This document shows, piece by piece, positions 50,501 to 63,605 of a stretch of DNA of 64,000 nucleotides. The stretch's first letter is position 1; each line of letters starts with the position of its first letter. Source of the stretch: Squalus acanthias (taxonomy: Eukaryota); NCBI GenBank assembly GCA_030390025.1, contig CM059425.1, forward strand, positions 177,136,001 through 177,200,000, in the 5' to 3' direction. A program made the position numbers and the translations under genes. The notes under the pieces are model-generated. The model was given only the letters and a program-made list of their open reading frames with translations, searched no databases and had not been told where the DNA came from.

Positions 50501-51754
50501 CCCCAGACTCCTGGAACTCACCGCAGTCTCCTGGAACTCACCGCAGTCTCCTGGAGCTCACCGCAGACTCCTGGAACTCACCCCAGACTCCTGGAGCTCA
50601 CCCCAGACTCCTGGAACTCACCGCAGTCTCCTGGAGCTAACAACCGCAGACTCCTGGAGCTAACTGCAGACTCCTGGAGCTAACAACCGCAGTGTCCTGG
50701 AGCTCACCGCAGACTCCTGGAGCTAACAACCGCAGACTCCTGGAGCTCACCGCAGTCTCCTGGAGCTCACCGCAGGCTCCTGGATCTCACCGCAGTCTCC
50801 TGGAGCTCAGCGCAGACTCCTGGAGCTCACCGCAGTCTCCTGGAGATAACCGCAGTCTCCTGGAGATAAGCGCAGACTCCTGGATATAACCGCAGACTCC
50901 TGGAGCTCACCGCAGAGTCCTGGAGCTCACCGCAGACTCCTGGAGCTAACAACCGCAGACTCCTGGAGCTCACCGCAGTCTCCTGGAGCTCACCGCAGTC
51001 TCCTGGAGATAACCGCAGACTCCTGGAGCTCACCGCAGAGTCCTGGAGCTCACCGCAGACTCCTGGAGCTAACAACCGCAGACTCCTGGAGCTCACCGCA
51101 GACTCCTGGAGCTCACCGCAGAGTCCTGGAGCTCACCGCAGACTCCTGGAGCTAACAACCGCAGACTCCTGGAGCTAACAACCGCAGACTCCTGGAGCTA
51201 ACAACCGCAGACTCCTGGAGCTAACAACCGCAGACTCCTGGAGCTAACTGCAGACTCCTGGAGCTAACAACCGCAGAGTCCTGGAGCTCACCGCAGACTC
51301 CTGGAGCTAACAACCGCAGTCTCCTGGAGCTCACCGCAGACTCCTGGAGCTCACCGCAGGCTCCTGGAGCTCACCGCAGTCTCCTGGAGCTCACCGCAGA
51401 CTCCTGGAGCTCACCGCAGTCTCCTGGAGCTCACCACAGACTCCTGGAGCTCACCGCAGTCTCCTGGAGCTCACCGCAGAGTCCTGGAGCTCACCGCAGA
51501 CTCCTGGAACTCACCGCAGACCCCTGGAGCTCACCGCAGACTCCTGGAGCTCACCGCAGACTCCTGGAGCTCACCGCAGACTCCTGGAGCTCACCGCAGT
51601 CTCCTGGAGCTCACCGCAGTCTCCTGGAGCTCACCGCAGTCTCCTGGAACTCACCGCAGACTCCTGGAGCTCACCGCAGTCTCCTGGAGCTCACCGCAGA
51701 CTCCTGGAGCTCACCGCAGTCTCCTGGAGCTCACCGCAGACTCCTGGAGATAAC
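41553..51754 (+). repeat. ~10.2 kb tandem satellite/minisatellite; unit CTCCTGGAGCTCACCGCAG(A/T), 20 bp, with a 23-bp variant CTCCTGGAGCTAACAACCGCAGA; roughly 500 units
   Basis: Directly visible; degenerate units extend left to ~41400. Confidence 0.99.
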
Positions 51755-52342
51755 TTGATTGCCTGAGGGAGTTGGAGAGGAATTCCTAAGGTATTTTCCT
51801 GAATATGCCACACATTTGTTTCAGTTTTTTTGTCTCAACCAGGATATGGTAGGGGGTGGAGCGTGGTGAGTGACGTTTACCATCGTCTAGATGTGACGAG
51901 TCTGTTGGGCCTAATGCCCTTTTCTTGCCCTTTTTCATATTGTCTGTTCATATCTATACACTTGAATATTTAGACTTTTTTATTTCCTCTGTTCATTTTT
52001 TATTCAGCAATTTTGCTTCCAAGAACATTCCGAACAAAGCATGTAAACAGTAAACTTATTACATAAAACATTGTGAGGATTACTTAGTTTACCTTCCCCA
52101 AATTTTCACTGAAAATCATTTCTAGAACTTGGCAACACCTTATCTGTCATTGACGTGGACACTCATCATGAAGTGTGACTGTAGCTGAGTGACTGAGGTC
52201 AACCGGATATCTAGGTCACAGTGTAGCAAAGATAAAGTAAATAGGATTGAAATATTGCCAATTATTTGTTAAACAAGCATAATTTTTGAAGAGATTGATG
52301 AAAAAGACTCATACTATGCATGTATATTACTTTAAATTCTTG

Positions 52343-53238
52343 GGGGTAGAAATTAGGTCGCGCCCCATTTGGGGCGCAAATATCGTCTGGACGCAAATAT
52401 TAGCGCCTGGCGCTAATTATCGGCACTGACTGGAAACTTCACTTTTACCGCCCCGGGAGGTGATTGGAGCGCTAAATCAGGCGCTGCACACCTGTCTTAA
52501 GGCGCAAAGGCCAAGGAGTGAGGCGCTACCTCAGAGCGCTGGCGAAGCTCATGTAATGTCAGTCAGCAATGGAACACACACACAATGGCACGGGCCAGTT
52601 CTTAAAGGGGATGGTTAATCTTGCTTTCCATCCACATCCTGTTCATTGCAGCCTTGAATCTCGGCCTGGAGAGACTTGCACATCAAATGTGCTGGAAAAA
52701 ACAATGGAGAGTACCAGGCAAAGAGCTCAGAGTGCAGCTCCCACAGTCTCTGCTAAATCGATACAAGGAATGGCAAATCAAAATGAACCTGCAAAGTGCT
52801 GCTCAGTACCCAAAACTCCTTCACACAACGTTGAATCTCTCCAGAAGTCTCTCCCTCTCTCTCTCAGAATGTGTAGTTCAAAAATGCCACCAACAATAAA
52901 AGACAGGAAGAGGCCCCCTTTAAATAGCACCCCCCCCCCCAGCCCCACAGCGATTGATAGCGTTCCAGTCTTCTGGTCGTTGGATGCGCCAGGCGGTAAG
53001 GCAGGGGGCGCCACTCAATTTCCGCTCCGGGGCGCCACAAGGGCGTTGCACCATGGAATGACGTCACAATCTGCGCGCGCAGGTGGTCGCAGCGGTAAGT
53101 TTTAGCGCCGCCGCACAATGTCAAGTTAAGTTCCCGAGCGGCGCAAACATCGCTGCGCCCGGGCGTTAGCGGCTTTGCGCCCCATTAACGCCCTCTTAAG
53201 GCGCTAACGGGAGGCGCAACCAACTGAATTTTTACCCC
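52343..53238 (+). mobile_element. Harbinger-type non-autonomous element, family B copy 3
   Basis: TIR ggggtagaaatt/aatttttacccc, TTG TSD; near-identical to 26266-27158. Confidence 0.9.
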
Positions 53239-53613
53239 TTGAAATTTTAGGGAATTAAGTTCAACAAACTTGCCCCACTTTGGTTGCTGTTATCTCCACC
53301 TTCCTGAATTCCCACCACATCCCTCAATCCCCTCTCTCAAGAAACATAGCTAGCTTCTTCCTGAACCAGTTTATACTGTCTGCTTCAATGGCCTTCCTTA
53401 GCAGCTTATTTCATGGCACTGAATTCCCCCAAATTAATTCTGGTGGGAGTTCGCCAGAACTCACCAGAAAAAAGGCAGGGACCTGATTACGTTGGGTCAC
53501 TATCAATTCCAGGATTTCCTGTTTGACCTTCTAAGGGGCAGAACTTCTGCCCACTCTAACAAATTCCATAACACCAAGGAGTGGAACCAGAATTTGGAGC
53601 CCCTATGCTACGA

Positions 53614-54439
53614 CGGTGCTGTCCAATACATTAGCCACTAGCCCCATGTGGCTAATTGGGAATCCAGATGTGGCTAATTGCATTTTTGGTTCGTAAATAA
53701 AAAATGAGTAATAGACACTGTTGTCAGTCATGTGATCTCATTACCCATATGCATACGCCGTGCGAATGCGTACTTTAACCTTTTTGTGTGTTGGTTGGTA
53801 GAATGGTAAAATGCAAAGCAGCGTGCAAGTGTTTTTTGATCGTTGTGTGTACTTCACTTCCTTGGTTACTGCTTATTGGTTATCTGCTAAAATGGTGGGT
53901 AACACAGGTGAAAACACCAGACTTCAACACCATGGAAAAACCAATAACATTGTAGCTGTCACTTTGGTCAAATTGACCAATCGGAACAACCCCACCAGGC
54001 CATCAGAAGAAAGCATGCCCAACCAATAATGAGCAGGTCCAACAGGGCACGTCACGGCAAAGGGCAAGCAGCATCCAATCGTGTTCTGGATGGAGAATGG
54101 GGGTTGGGGGCGATGGTCTGGCGCGCCTCATTGTGCAAATCAACATTCTCAGCAATCACTCTGATGAAGTCAGAGTACTGGATTGCTAGACATAAAAAAC
54201 CTAGAAGTTGCGCTAAGATATGCTGTGTCTAATAAATTCAGGTTAGAATACCAAACATTGGTGAAAGAGAAAGACTGCAAGGTTTCGCACTGAGTGGTGG
54301 TTAATAAATATACACAAGTGAAAAACATTTGCCTGTATTGTGTGCAAGGTGTTTCCTACTAACATTAGTGCATGTGGCTAAAATGGTGTTGCTGTAGCCA
54401 CCTCTGTGGCTAGTCAGCGATTTCTATTGGATAACACTG
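53614..54439. mobile_element. hAT (Charlie/Buster-like) MITE
   Basis: TIR cggtgctgtccaata/tattggataacactg, 8-bp TSD TGCTACGA/TGCTAGGA, repeated TAGCCAC/GTGGCTA subterminal motifs. Confidence 0.82.
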
Positions 54440-55507
54440 TGCTAGGAGTTCCTATTTCCTGTGCTCGGATGGGACCCGGAACAGCCCTGGAGGCCGGGAG
54501 CCGCGAAGATGAGGTACACCAGCCTTCAGAAGGGCGCAAGTGGGCTCCACCCAGAGAGTAGGGCAAGAGTCAGAAAAGGAGAACTGGATTCCTGAAGAAC
54601 AGGGAAGTGTTTTTTAGAAAATAAAAATTGGATTAGCCGAGGGGCAGCTGGATGGGCTCGGGAAGGGCAGGGGGATTCTGGTCAACCCTCCCCCAATGCC
54701 TGAGTTTTCAGCAGCATGGGACAGGCAGGTGCCAGAAATGCAAATATTGTGGTGCAGGTCCCCTCAGCCTGTGTTAGTGAGGTGCCTTCCCACTGAACCT
54801 GCAAAATCTGGTAGAGTCAACGCTGGGCATTGGCTCATGGATTTTCGGGGCCATTTGAATATTACTTGTTATGTAAAATAGTTCTGCCTGAATTCCCCCA
54901 TATAGGAAAGACTTGCAGGGCTATGAGGAAAGAGCAGGAGATGAGACTAATTGGAGAGCTCTTTCAAAGACCTGGCACAGGCACAATGGGACGAATGGCC
55001 TCCTTCTGTGCTGTAAGATTCTATGATTCTATGATATTTCTCTTTCTAGTTTTCAAGTAATGCCTCTGACCTTTTGGCTATTAATTAATATATTGGACTG
55101 GAGACCTACCCGCCAATGTCCTATTCCGTTCCCGCTGTCTTCTGTTTTAACCTGCTCTTCTGAGCAGGCGACAAGGACACCTGCATGAAACCAGGAGGGT
55201 CCTTCTTTAAATATGCAGATCAGGGTGTGATGAAGTCATTGAGCCCTGAATACTATTTTAACCAGTGGCCTGAGCAAGGATGCCGTTGTGGCTTTCTCGC
55301 CAGATGAAGACAGCAAGAAAATGATCCAGGGGCAGAAGAGACCCAAACAGGCAAGTTATTTTTATTTTCCTTGAGGGGTCAGGAAGAGCAGTAATCCCCT
55401 GCTCTGGGCTCTCCACCTTCCCGAACATGACACCCTCCTGAAACTCTCTCTTCGTGATTTACCTGAGTGCCGGCGACTATTCCTTTGCTCCTGCCCATCA
55501 GACAGCT

Positions 55508-55950
55508 ATCATAAAATCGTACAACACTGAAGGAGGCAATTCGGCCCATCGAGTCTGTGTTGGCTCTTTCGAAGAGCAATCCAGTTAGTCCCAGTCCCCC
55601 ACTCTTTCCCCATATCCCTGCAATTTTTTCTCCTTCAAGTATTTATCCAATTCCCTTTTGAAGGCTGCTATTGAATCTATCCACCACCCTCAGGCAGTGC
55701 ATTCCAAATCCTAACCACTCATTGCATAAAAAAGTTTTTCCTCATGTCTCCTCAGGTTCTTTTGCCAATAACCTTAAATCTGTGCCCTCTAGTTATTGAC
55801 CCTTCAGGATTTATTTACTCTATCTAAACCCTTCATAATTTTAAACACCTCAATCAAATCATCTCCTCTTGGCCTTCTCTGCTCCAAGGAGAACAACCCC
55901 AGCTTCTCCAGTCTATCCATGTAACTATCATCCCACATCCTGGAACCGTT
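55508..55950 (-). mobile_element. CR1 3' end
   Basis: ttcggcccatcgagtc tail and ctctgctccaaggagaacaaccccagcttctcca (LEKLGLFSLEQRR). Confidence 0.8.
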
Positions 55951-57537
55951 CTAGTATTGCTTCCTGCTCTTTTTTCTTTAAAGAACTGGGTGTGCTTTTC
56001 GGCTCCCTCATGCTGAAGCGTATTTCTTCCAATGTTTGCTGGATGAGTTTCCAGCCATAGGCTCAGGCAACTCCTGCAGATTCCTAGCAATCTCGTACAT
56101 TTTATAAAGAAGTCAAAATTGCACACACATGATTAAAAACAATTAATAGATGGGTAGCTAAAAGAAAAACACTTGAGTAACTCAATCAAGCAATTCAGAT
56201 GACCAGCTGACATTGTAAACACCTACGGTGTTGCTGAGAACATTTTGTAATGTAATTTGAATAATTGGATAGTTTTACTGCCATGCACACTCCTCCTACT
56301 TATTCTATTGTGTATATATATTTTACTCTGATCCAAACAGTTGTAATCTTGTATAATTATGAGTATCCTCAAGAGATGAAAGAACTCCCCAACAATTTGA
56401 ATAATAAATTGATGCTTAGATGAAGGTTTTCGGTTTAGCCATGGCATTTGAATGCAACACTTTGTGATACTTTCAGAACATGTCCAACTCGTTTTGAAAT
56501 CCTTTGGCAATCACTGGAGTTAGATCAAGAGACAGGAATATATAAAGTCACTGTGACACTGTCGCAAAACAGTTGATTCAATTTTCAGTTCTGGAAAGGT
56601 CATTAATGTTAGCAGTTAATCTTCGACCAGCATTTACTTACCTTAATCATTCACTGCACTACAAAGCTCATTTTTTGATGCTGATTGGCAGGAGTTCCTA
56701 CCACATAAAATCACTCATGTGACCGGTCACTATAATAATTGGCTATTTTATTTTTGCAGGTTAGGACCAAGGGCCGCGTTCAGCATTTTTAATGTGGGCT
56801 AAGGGCCGCACGGTCTCAAACCGAAAGATCGAGGCAGTCACCATCCAGGCTGGAAGAGGCCTATGTAAAAAAAAATTTTAAGGTTCCTTATGGGCAGGAG
56901 GAGCAGGAGTGCTCTTCCTGGCCCCACGTGGATACCTCGGGCTTCCCTTTCCCTCAGTTTTTTCCTCTCCCCCAGATCGTGGACTTTCTCGATTTTCCCC
57001 CCTCATTCCTGACTTATCTTGCTGAGTACTATCTTCATGAGTCCCTGGCGGTAGCCTGACTCCCCACAATTTTGACTCCTACCTGCCGGCAGTGATGTAA
57101 TTCCCACTGGATTTGGGTGGGAGTCAGTTTTGGAGCATTCAATTGAGTCCCGGGTATTAAAATCTCTTGGTCCTCACGGTCTGGGGGCCCGGATGGTTTG
57201 CTGCCCACTTTGTCCCTGCTGCACCCCCGATTCCCGCCCCAAGTTAAAATAGGAGCTCTTGGAATCACGGAGGTTTATGGATCTTTGCTAGAGCAATGCA
57301 AACAAATTCTACTGCCCCGCACTTTCCCCATAGTCCCAAATATTCTACTACTTCAAATGTTTATTCAATTTTCCCTTCAAAAATGTAATGGTCTCTGCCT
57401 CAACCACCCTCTTGTGACAAAACATTCCATGCTCCAACAAACCTCTGCATAAAGAAATTTCTCCTATCGCTCTCCTCACTCAGTGACAATCTTAAATTGC
57501 CGATCCCTTGTCACTGACTCTTCAACTACAGAAAGTA

Positions 57538-60500
57538 GGCCTAGAAATTCGGGGGTTTAGCGCCAGCTGTTAAGGCCCGTTTTGATGACAAAATGGCGGC
57601 TGACTCGCTTCCACCCGCTTCCGGCGGTGGCTGCCATTTTGGGCAGGCCAGCAGTGCTGCCATTGCCAGCAATCGCTGTAGAAATGGAAATGAGGCAGAT
57701 TGTGATGTCAATGAGCGTGCAATGCTGATTTGACACACGATCTGCGACTTTTGACATCATCTCTCCACTTACCGCCCTCCCTTAATCACGACCAGCTGAC
57801 CAAGCGTTCAGCAGCAGAAAGGAGCCCCCAGCAGTGCTATTTAAAGGGATCATCAACAACAACTTGCAGCTGACATGGTTTCTCAGTTTTACTGGCTCTG
57901 TCTAAGTTTCTGCAACTCTTGCATCTTTCTAAACTTGTTTAAAGTTCCTGAGGTGACAGGGAGTGTTGGTACAAGTGGAGAATGCCTTCGATCTCATTTA
58001 AAGGCTTCTGCTCACACCACCTGCTCACTGTCATGGGGCTCTACTTGCAGTCCCCCTCATGCTAAAGTATCTTCGGGAGAGGGAGCAGAGGCAGCGAAGA
58101 ACAGGAGAAGATGCTCGTAGAGGGAAGAGGCCTTTCCCACCTAGGGTCTTCCGAGAGCATTTCTCTTACACTGCTCCTCGCTTAAGAGGAGGAATTAGGA
58201 GGCTCTGCTTCACCAAGGAGGTGGTCACAGAACTCTGCCACTTCCTGCAACTGGACCTGGAGCCTCAGAGCAGGGCGATGATGGCTTTCCTAGTGGCCCT
58301 CAAAGTCACCGTGGCCCTCAATTTCTTTGCCAGTGGATCTTTCCAGTTGCAGCAGGAGACATAGCTAACATTTCCCAGTTCGCTGTCCATCGCTGCCTCT
58401 GGGAGGTCACAAAAACTCTCTACTCCAGAAGAGACTTCATTGTCTTCTCTCTGAACAGAGAAAAGCAGGAGGAGCGCGCTTGTGGCTTTGCCAGGATAAC
58501 GGCTTCCCCATGGTGCAGGGCACCATCAACTGCACACGCATGGCTTTGCGGGCACTGTATACCAATCCTGAGCTGTTCCGTAACTGCAAAGGCTACCTCT
58601 CGCTTAATGTGCAGTTGTTGTGCAACCACGCCCAGCACATCATGATGATGAATGCCCGCTATCCTGGCAGCAGTCATGATGCCTTTATCATGTGCCAGTC
58701 CGGTATGCCAGCAAACTACCAGCCAACACATCAAAGCCGAGGGTGGCTGCTCGGAGACAAGGATTATCCGCACTACACCTGGCTGATGACTCCCCTCCCC
58801 AATCCTACCACAGAGCACTTGTATAATGACAGCCATGCTGCCACCAGGAACCTCATCGAGCAGACCATCGGGGTGCTCAAGCAACAGTTCCGCTGGAGCA
58901 CAGATTGCTGGCCTGCTGCGACACCCTGCAAGCCCCTTTCGAGACTCATAAACCCAGTGATGATGGCAGCAGTCTGAGCTTCCACTGCAGCAGAGAGACG
59001 TTGGGTCTCTCCTGGAGTTGTCCATCATTTGCATCCTGGAAATCATGGGCTCCAAGCGCTACACAAAGCTTCATGCAATGTTGGAGCCTGACTCCTCCAT
59101 GCTTCTTGACACTGACAAGAGGCTCTCTGTCAGGCTTTCCATTGCACCTAGCATTTCGGTGTGCATGCCCATCACCCTTCTTGTGAAGGCCGCACCATTG
59201 AGGTCATCATCTGAGTCCTGTGGAGCAGAACCATGCGTGAACTCGCCCTCCGGGGAGCTGGTGCCAGGGATACCCTTTTCCCCCTCGCCTGACTGCAGCC
59301 CACTTGTGCCCAGTGACTCGCCATGTGCAGATCCCGCCTCTAGACTGCCCTCTAAAGTCCGTGCAGTGCCATTTTCTGAGCTGGTGTTTGCGAGTGTCAG
59401 ATGCAGTGACGGTGTTTTTTTTAATCTCCTTCTCCTTCTCGATTTCCTTCTTCTCCTTTGCTGCTGGACAGACTGGCCTGCTGGCAGTTCTTGGGTATCT
59501 GAAATGAGAAAGGCACAAGGGTCGGGTTGTGGTGAGGGGAGAGGGGAAAGCAAGATATCCAAGCATACACCATCAGCAGCTTGTAAGTGAGAAGAGATTG
59601 TGGGATAAGGGGGAAGTGGGATGCGAGAAGAAGGATTAGATAGGACCGTACCGTCATCATCAGCATTGATTCCTCCAGGTCCGTCTGGTTCCCTATTGTG
59701 GCTTGGCCGCCTCCCATCTGTTGTTGCTCCCTCCTGTTATGTGCTACCTTGGCCTGCAAGAGAATGGGAAGTGTGTCAGTGAGTGCAGGGCAAGGTGTTT
59801 GGGTGATGTGACTGCCATAGTTGAATAGCTATCAGTGTGTGCAAGGTGTGAGATGTGGGTGTGAGTGTTGCAGCAGTGGTAAGTGTGTGAGGGTGAAGTG
59901 AAGCCATGATTGTGAGGTATGAGTGGTAATAGCTAGAGATTGTTGGTAGGTGAGTGATGAGGGTGTGGTGCATTGCGCAGTGTGTGAGGTTAGTGGTGCA
60001 GTTGGTGGGATATGGCATTTACTGAAGCCTTCACTCACCTTGACCAGCCGCGTGAGGTCATTAAACTTTTTTCGGCACTGGATCCAGATCCTTGGGACCA
60101 CACTGGTGGCCGTGACAGATTCAATAATTTCTTTCCACAAACTTTTGCAAATGGCCTTGGATGGCCTCTTGCCTCCCTACGGGTAAAGGACAGCTCACCT
60201 TCGTTGCACCCGCAGGACCAAGGCCTCCAGTGCAGCATCTGAAAATCCTCTAGCTCGTTCTCTAGGTTGTTATGCTATGGCTTGCTCCAGAGTGACAATG
60301 AGGTGCTTCTGCAACAAAGCAGCTCCCCTTTAAGTAGTGCAGAGAACCTCGGACAAATTTTATTGGCCAGTAGACTGCACCCGATATTGGCCCCACCCGT
60401 TGAGCGCTAAGCCAATTAGCAGCGCATTTAGTGCTGAAATCAGTGCTCCAATCATGCTAATGAGCAGGCAGCACGAATTTTGTATGCTGCCTGCACCACT

Positions 60501-60572
60501 TAGAAGAGACGCAGGTAAATAGCACTGGCCCATGACACCGCCCATTTTCGGGCCTTATCCAATTTCTAAGCC
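57538..60572. mobile_element. PIF/Harbinger transposon, defective: transposase (+, ~58030-58900) convergent with a multi-exon Myb gene (-, ~60280-58960)
   Basis: TIR ggcctagaaatt/aatttctaagcc. [73 protein letters not shown]. Frameshifts present. Confidence 0.93.
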
Positions 60573-60575
60573 ATA

Positions 60576-61415
60576 GGGGGAAAAATACGGTTGCTTTGCG
60601 CCTCCCTAGGGCGTTAATGGGGCGCAAAGCAACTAGCGCCTGGGCGCGGTGATGTTTGCACCGCTCGCAAAATTGACCAGACATTTTGCGGCGGCGCTAA
60701 ACACTACCGCCACGATCTCCTGCGCCCGCAGAGCGTGACGTCAGTCGAGCATGCAATGCCCCGGTAGCACCCCTTACTGCCTGCCGCTAGCAGCGACAGG
60801 TTGAGGAGCGTTTTGCAATTGGGAGGGGACTGGGGGAGCGCTATTTAAAGGCGACCGCTTCCTGCCTTTTTTTGTCAGCGACATTTTTGCACCACGCATT
60901 CTGAGAGAGAGACTTCTGGAAAGATTCAACGTTGTGTGAAGGAGTTTTGGGTACTGAGCAGCACTTTGCAGGTTCATTTTGAGTTGACCTTCCTTGCATC
61001 GATTTAGAAAAGACTATGGGGGCTGCACTCTGAGCTCTTTCCCTGGGCCTCTCCATTGTTCTTTCCAGCAGATTTGATGTACAGGTCTCTCCAGGCCGAG
61101 ATTCAAGGCTGCAATGAGCAGGGTGTGGTTGGAGAGCAAGATCGACCCTCCCCTTTAAGAATTGGCCGGCGCCAATGTGTCTGTGCTCCATTGCTGACTG
61201 ACATCACATGAGCTTCGCCAGCGCTCTGAGGTAGCGCCTCGCTCCTCGGCGTTAGCGCCTTAAGAGAGGTGTGTAGCGCCTGATTTAGCGCTCCAATCAC
61301 CTCCAGGGGCGATAGAAGCCAAGTTTGCAGTCGGAGGCGATAATTAGCGCCAGGCTAAACTTTGCGTCCGGCCGATAATTGCGTCCCAAACGTGGCGATA
61401 CTGAATTTCTCCCCC
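60576..61415 (-). mobile_element. Harbinger-type non-autonomous element, family B copy 4
   Basis: TIR gggggaaaaatac/ctgaatttctccccc, ATA on both sides; colinear with 25220-26106. Confidence 0.88.
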
Positions 61416-61830
61416 ATAGTCTTTCCCTATTCATTCAATCAAAACTCTCCAAAATTTTAAAAATCTGTATTAAATGTCCTCTAAGCTGACTCCGCTCCAG
61501 CTAAAATAGTCCCAGTACCTCAAATCTCTCCTCATACCTATAGTTTCCCATCCCAGGCATAAGCCTGGTGAGTGTACACTTCATGCTCTCTATGGTTTAA
61601 ATGTCCTTTCTATGGTGTATCCAAAATCTCTCACAATACTCTAACTGTGGCCTAACCAATGTTTTGTACAAATTTATCATCATTTCTTTACACTTGAACT
61701 GTATGCCCCTATTTATAAAACTTAAAATGTAATTGCCTTTATTTACATGCACTTGCAATTTTACAGAAATATGTATTTGTACCTTTTGGTTCTCTCTGTT
61801 CATCCACATCTTTCAGTGTCTTTCCATTGA
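61416..61830 (-). mobile_element. Old CR1 fragment (its 3' part lies at ~57260-57537)
   Basis: NLYKTLVRPQLEYC; sequence is continuous across the two Harbinger insertions. Confidence 0.7.
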
Positions 61831-62335
61831 GTGTACACTCTCATTCCTTGGGTGCAAATTTCTCCTGCGATAAGATTGAGTGAATTAGGTGACGGCTGAC
61901 TCCCAGATGGTATTGTACAGACGATGTAATCGATCTGGTGGTATAACCCTGCTCTAGTGGAGAGAGGGATTTTAGGGTTATACATGCAAGTAATTGCTCT
62001 CCAGGGAGATGGTGGAAAATTCTACAAAATTTCAAGTTAGTGCCCTCCTTAAGCAGAATGCAGTGTGAAGGGTTAGTTGTGCAATTCTTAATTTTAGAAA
62101 GTGAAGACTGTGTTGTTGCTCAAGGAAGAAAATAGAATGGTACCTTGCCTGTCCTGGTTAAGTCATTGAACTTCTCCCAGAACAGGCCACAGTTCTGGGG
62201 ATGAGTGTGCCAGTGCTACCTCTCTGCACGTGCCATAAAACATGTTTTTTTGCAAGTTAATCCCATGGAGACCGAGCAATCTTTCTCTCAATTGCTCAAT
62301 GTCGTTGAGGAGGATTTGGAGGTCAGCCTCATTTG

Positions 62336-63605
62336 AACATAAGAAATAGGAGCAGGAGTAGGCCATACTGCTCTGCAATTCAATAAGATCATGGCTGATC
62401 TTCTACCTCAACTCCACTATCCCCATATCCCTCGATTCCCTTTATATCCAAAAATCTATCGATCTCTGTCTTGAAAATACTCAACGATGGAGCATCCACA
62501 GCCCTCTGGGGGTAGAGAATTCCAAAGATTCACCACTCTCTGAGTGAAGAAATTTCTCCTCATCTCAGTCCTAAATGGCCAACTCCTTATCCTGAGATTG
62601 TGACCCCTGGTTCTAGACTCCCCAGCCAGGGGAAACATCCTCCCTGCATCTACCCTGTCAAACCCTGTAAGAATTTTGTATGTTTCAATGAGATCACCTC
62701 TCATTCTTCTAAACTCTAGAGAATATAGGCCGAGTCTACTCAATCTGTCCTCATAGGACAATCCTCCATCCCAGGAATCAGTCTGGTGAACCTTCGTTGC
62801 ACTCCCTCTAAGGCAAGTATATCCTTCCTTGGGTAAGGAGACCAAAACTGTGCACAGTACTCCAGGTGTGATCTCACCAAAGCCCGATATAATTGCAGCA
62901 AGACTTTCTTATTCCTATACTCCAACCCCCTTGCAATAATGGCTAATGTTCCATTTGCTTTCCTAATTGCTTGCTGTACCAGCATGTTAACTTTCTGTGA
63001 TTCATGTACAAGGACACCCAAATCCCTCTGAATAACAACATTTAGTAATCTCTCACCTGCTAAAAAATATTCTTCTTTTCTATTTTACCTACCAAAGTGG
63101 ATAATTTCACATTTCCCCACATTATACTCCATCTACCACCTTCTTGCCCATTCACTTAACCTGTCTATATCCCTTTGCAGCCTCTTTGTGTCCTCCTCAC
63201 AGCCTCTGTGTCCTCCTCACAGCTTTACTTTCCCACCTAGCTTTGTATCATCAGCAAACTTGGATATATTACACTCGGTCCCTTCATCTAAGTCATTGAT
63301 ATAGATTGTAAATAGCTGAGGCCCAAGCACTGATCGTTGCGGTACCCCACTAGTTACAGCCTGCTAACCTGAAAATGACCCGTTTATTCCTACTCTCTGT
63401 TTTCAGTCCATTAACCAATCCTCAATCCCATGAGCCCTAATCTTGTGTAACAACCTCTTGTGTTGCACTTTATCGAATGTCTTTTGAAAATCCAAATATA
63501 CTACATCCATTGGTTCCCCTTATCCACCCTACTAGTTACACCCTCAAAAAACTCTAATAGATTTGTCAAACACGATTTACCTTTCATAAAATCGTGTTGA
63601 CTCTG
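62336..63605 (-). mobile_element. CR1 LINE RT and tail, inserted in a decayed Myb-like remnant
   Basis: [29 protein letters not shown]. Flank 62163-62335 reads NEADLQILLNDIEQLRERLLG. Confidence 0.9.

Noticed and set aside
41553..51754. CRISPR-like regularity of the array
   Set aside because: No unique spacers, no cas genes, vertebrate context.
58059..58977. Host HARBI1 gene or active transposase (also 10283-10959)
   Set aside because: Frameshifted, truncated and enclosed by TIRs/TSDs; catalytic motifs altered (INCT for IDCT) or deleted.
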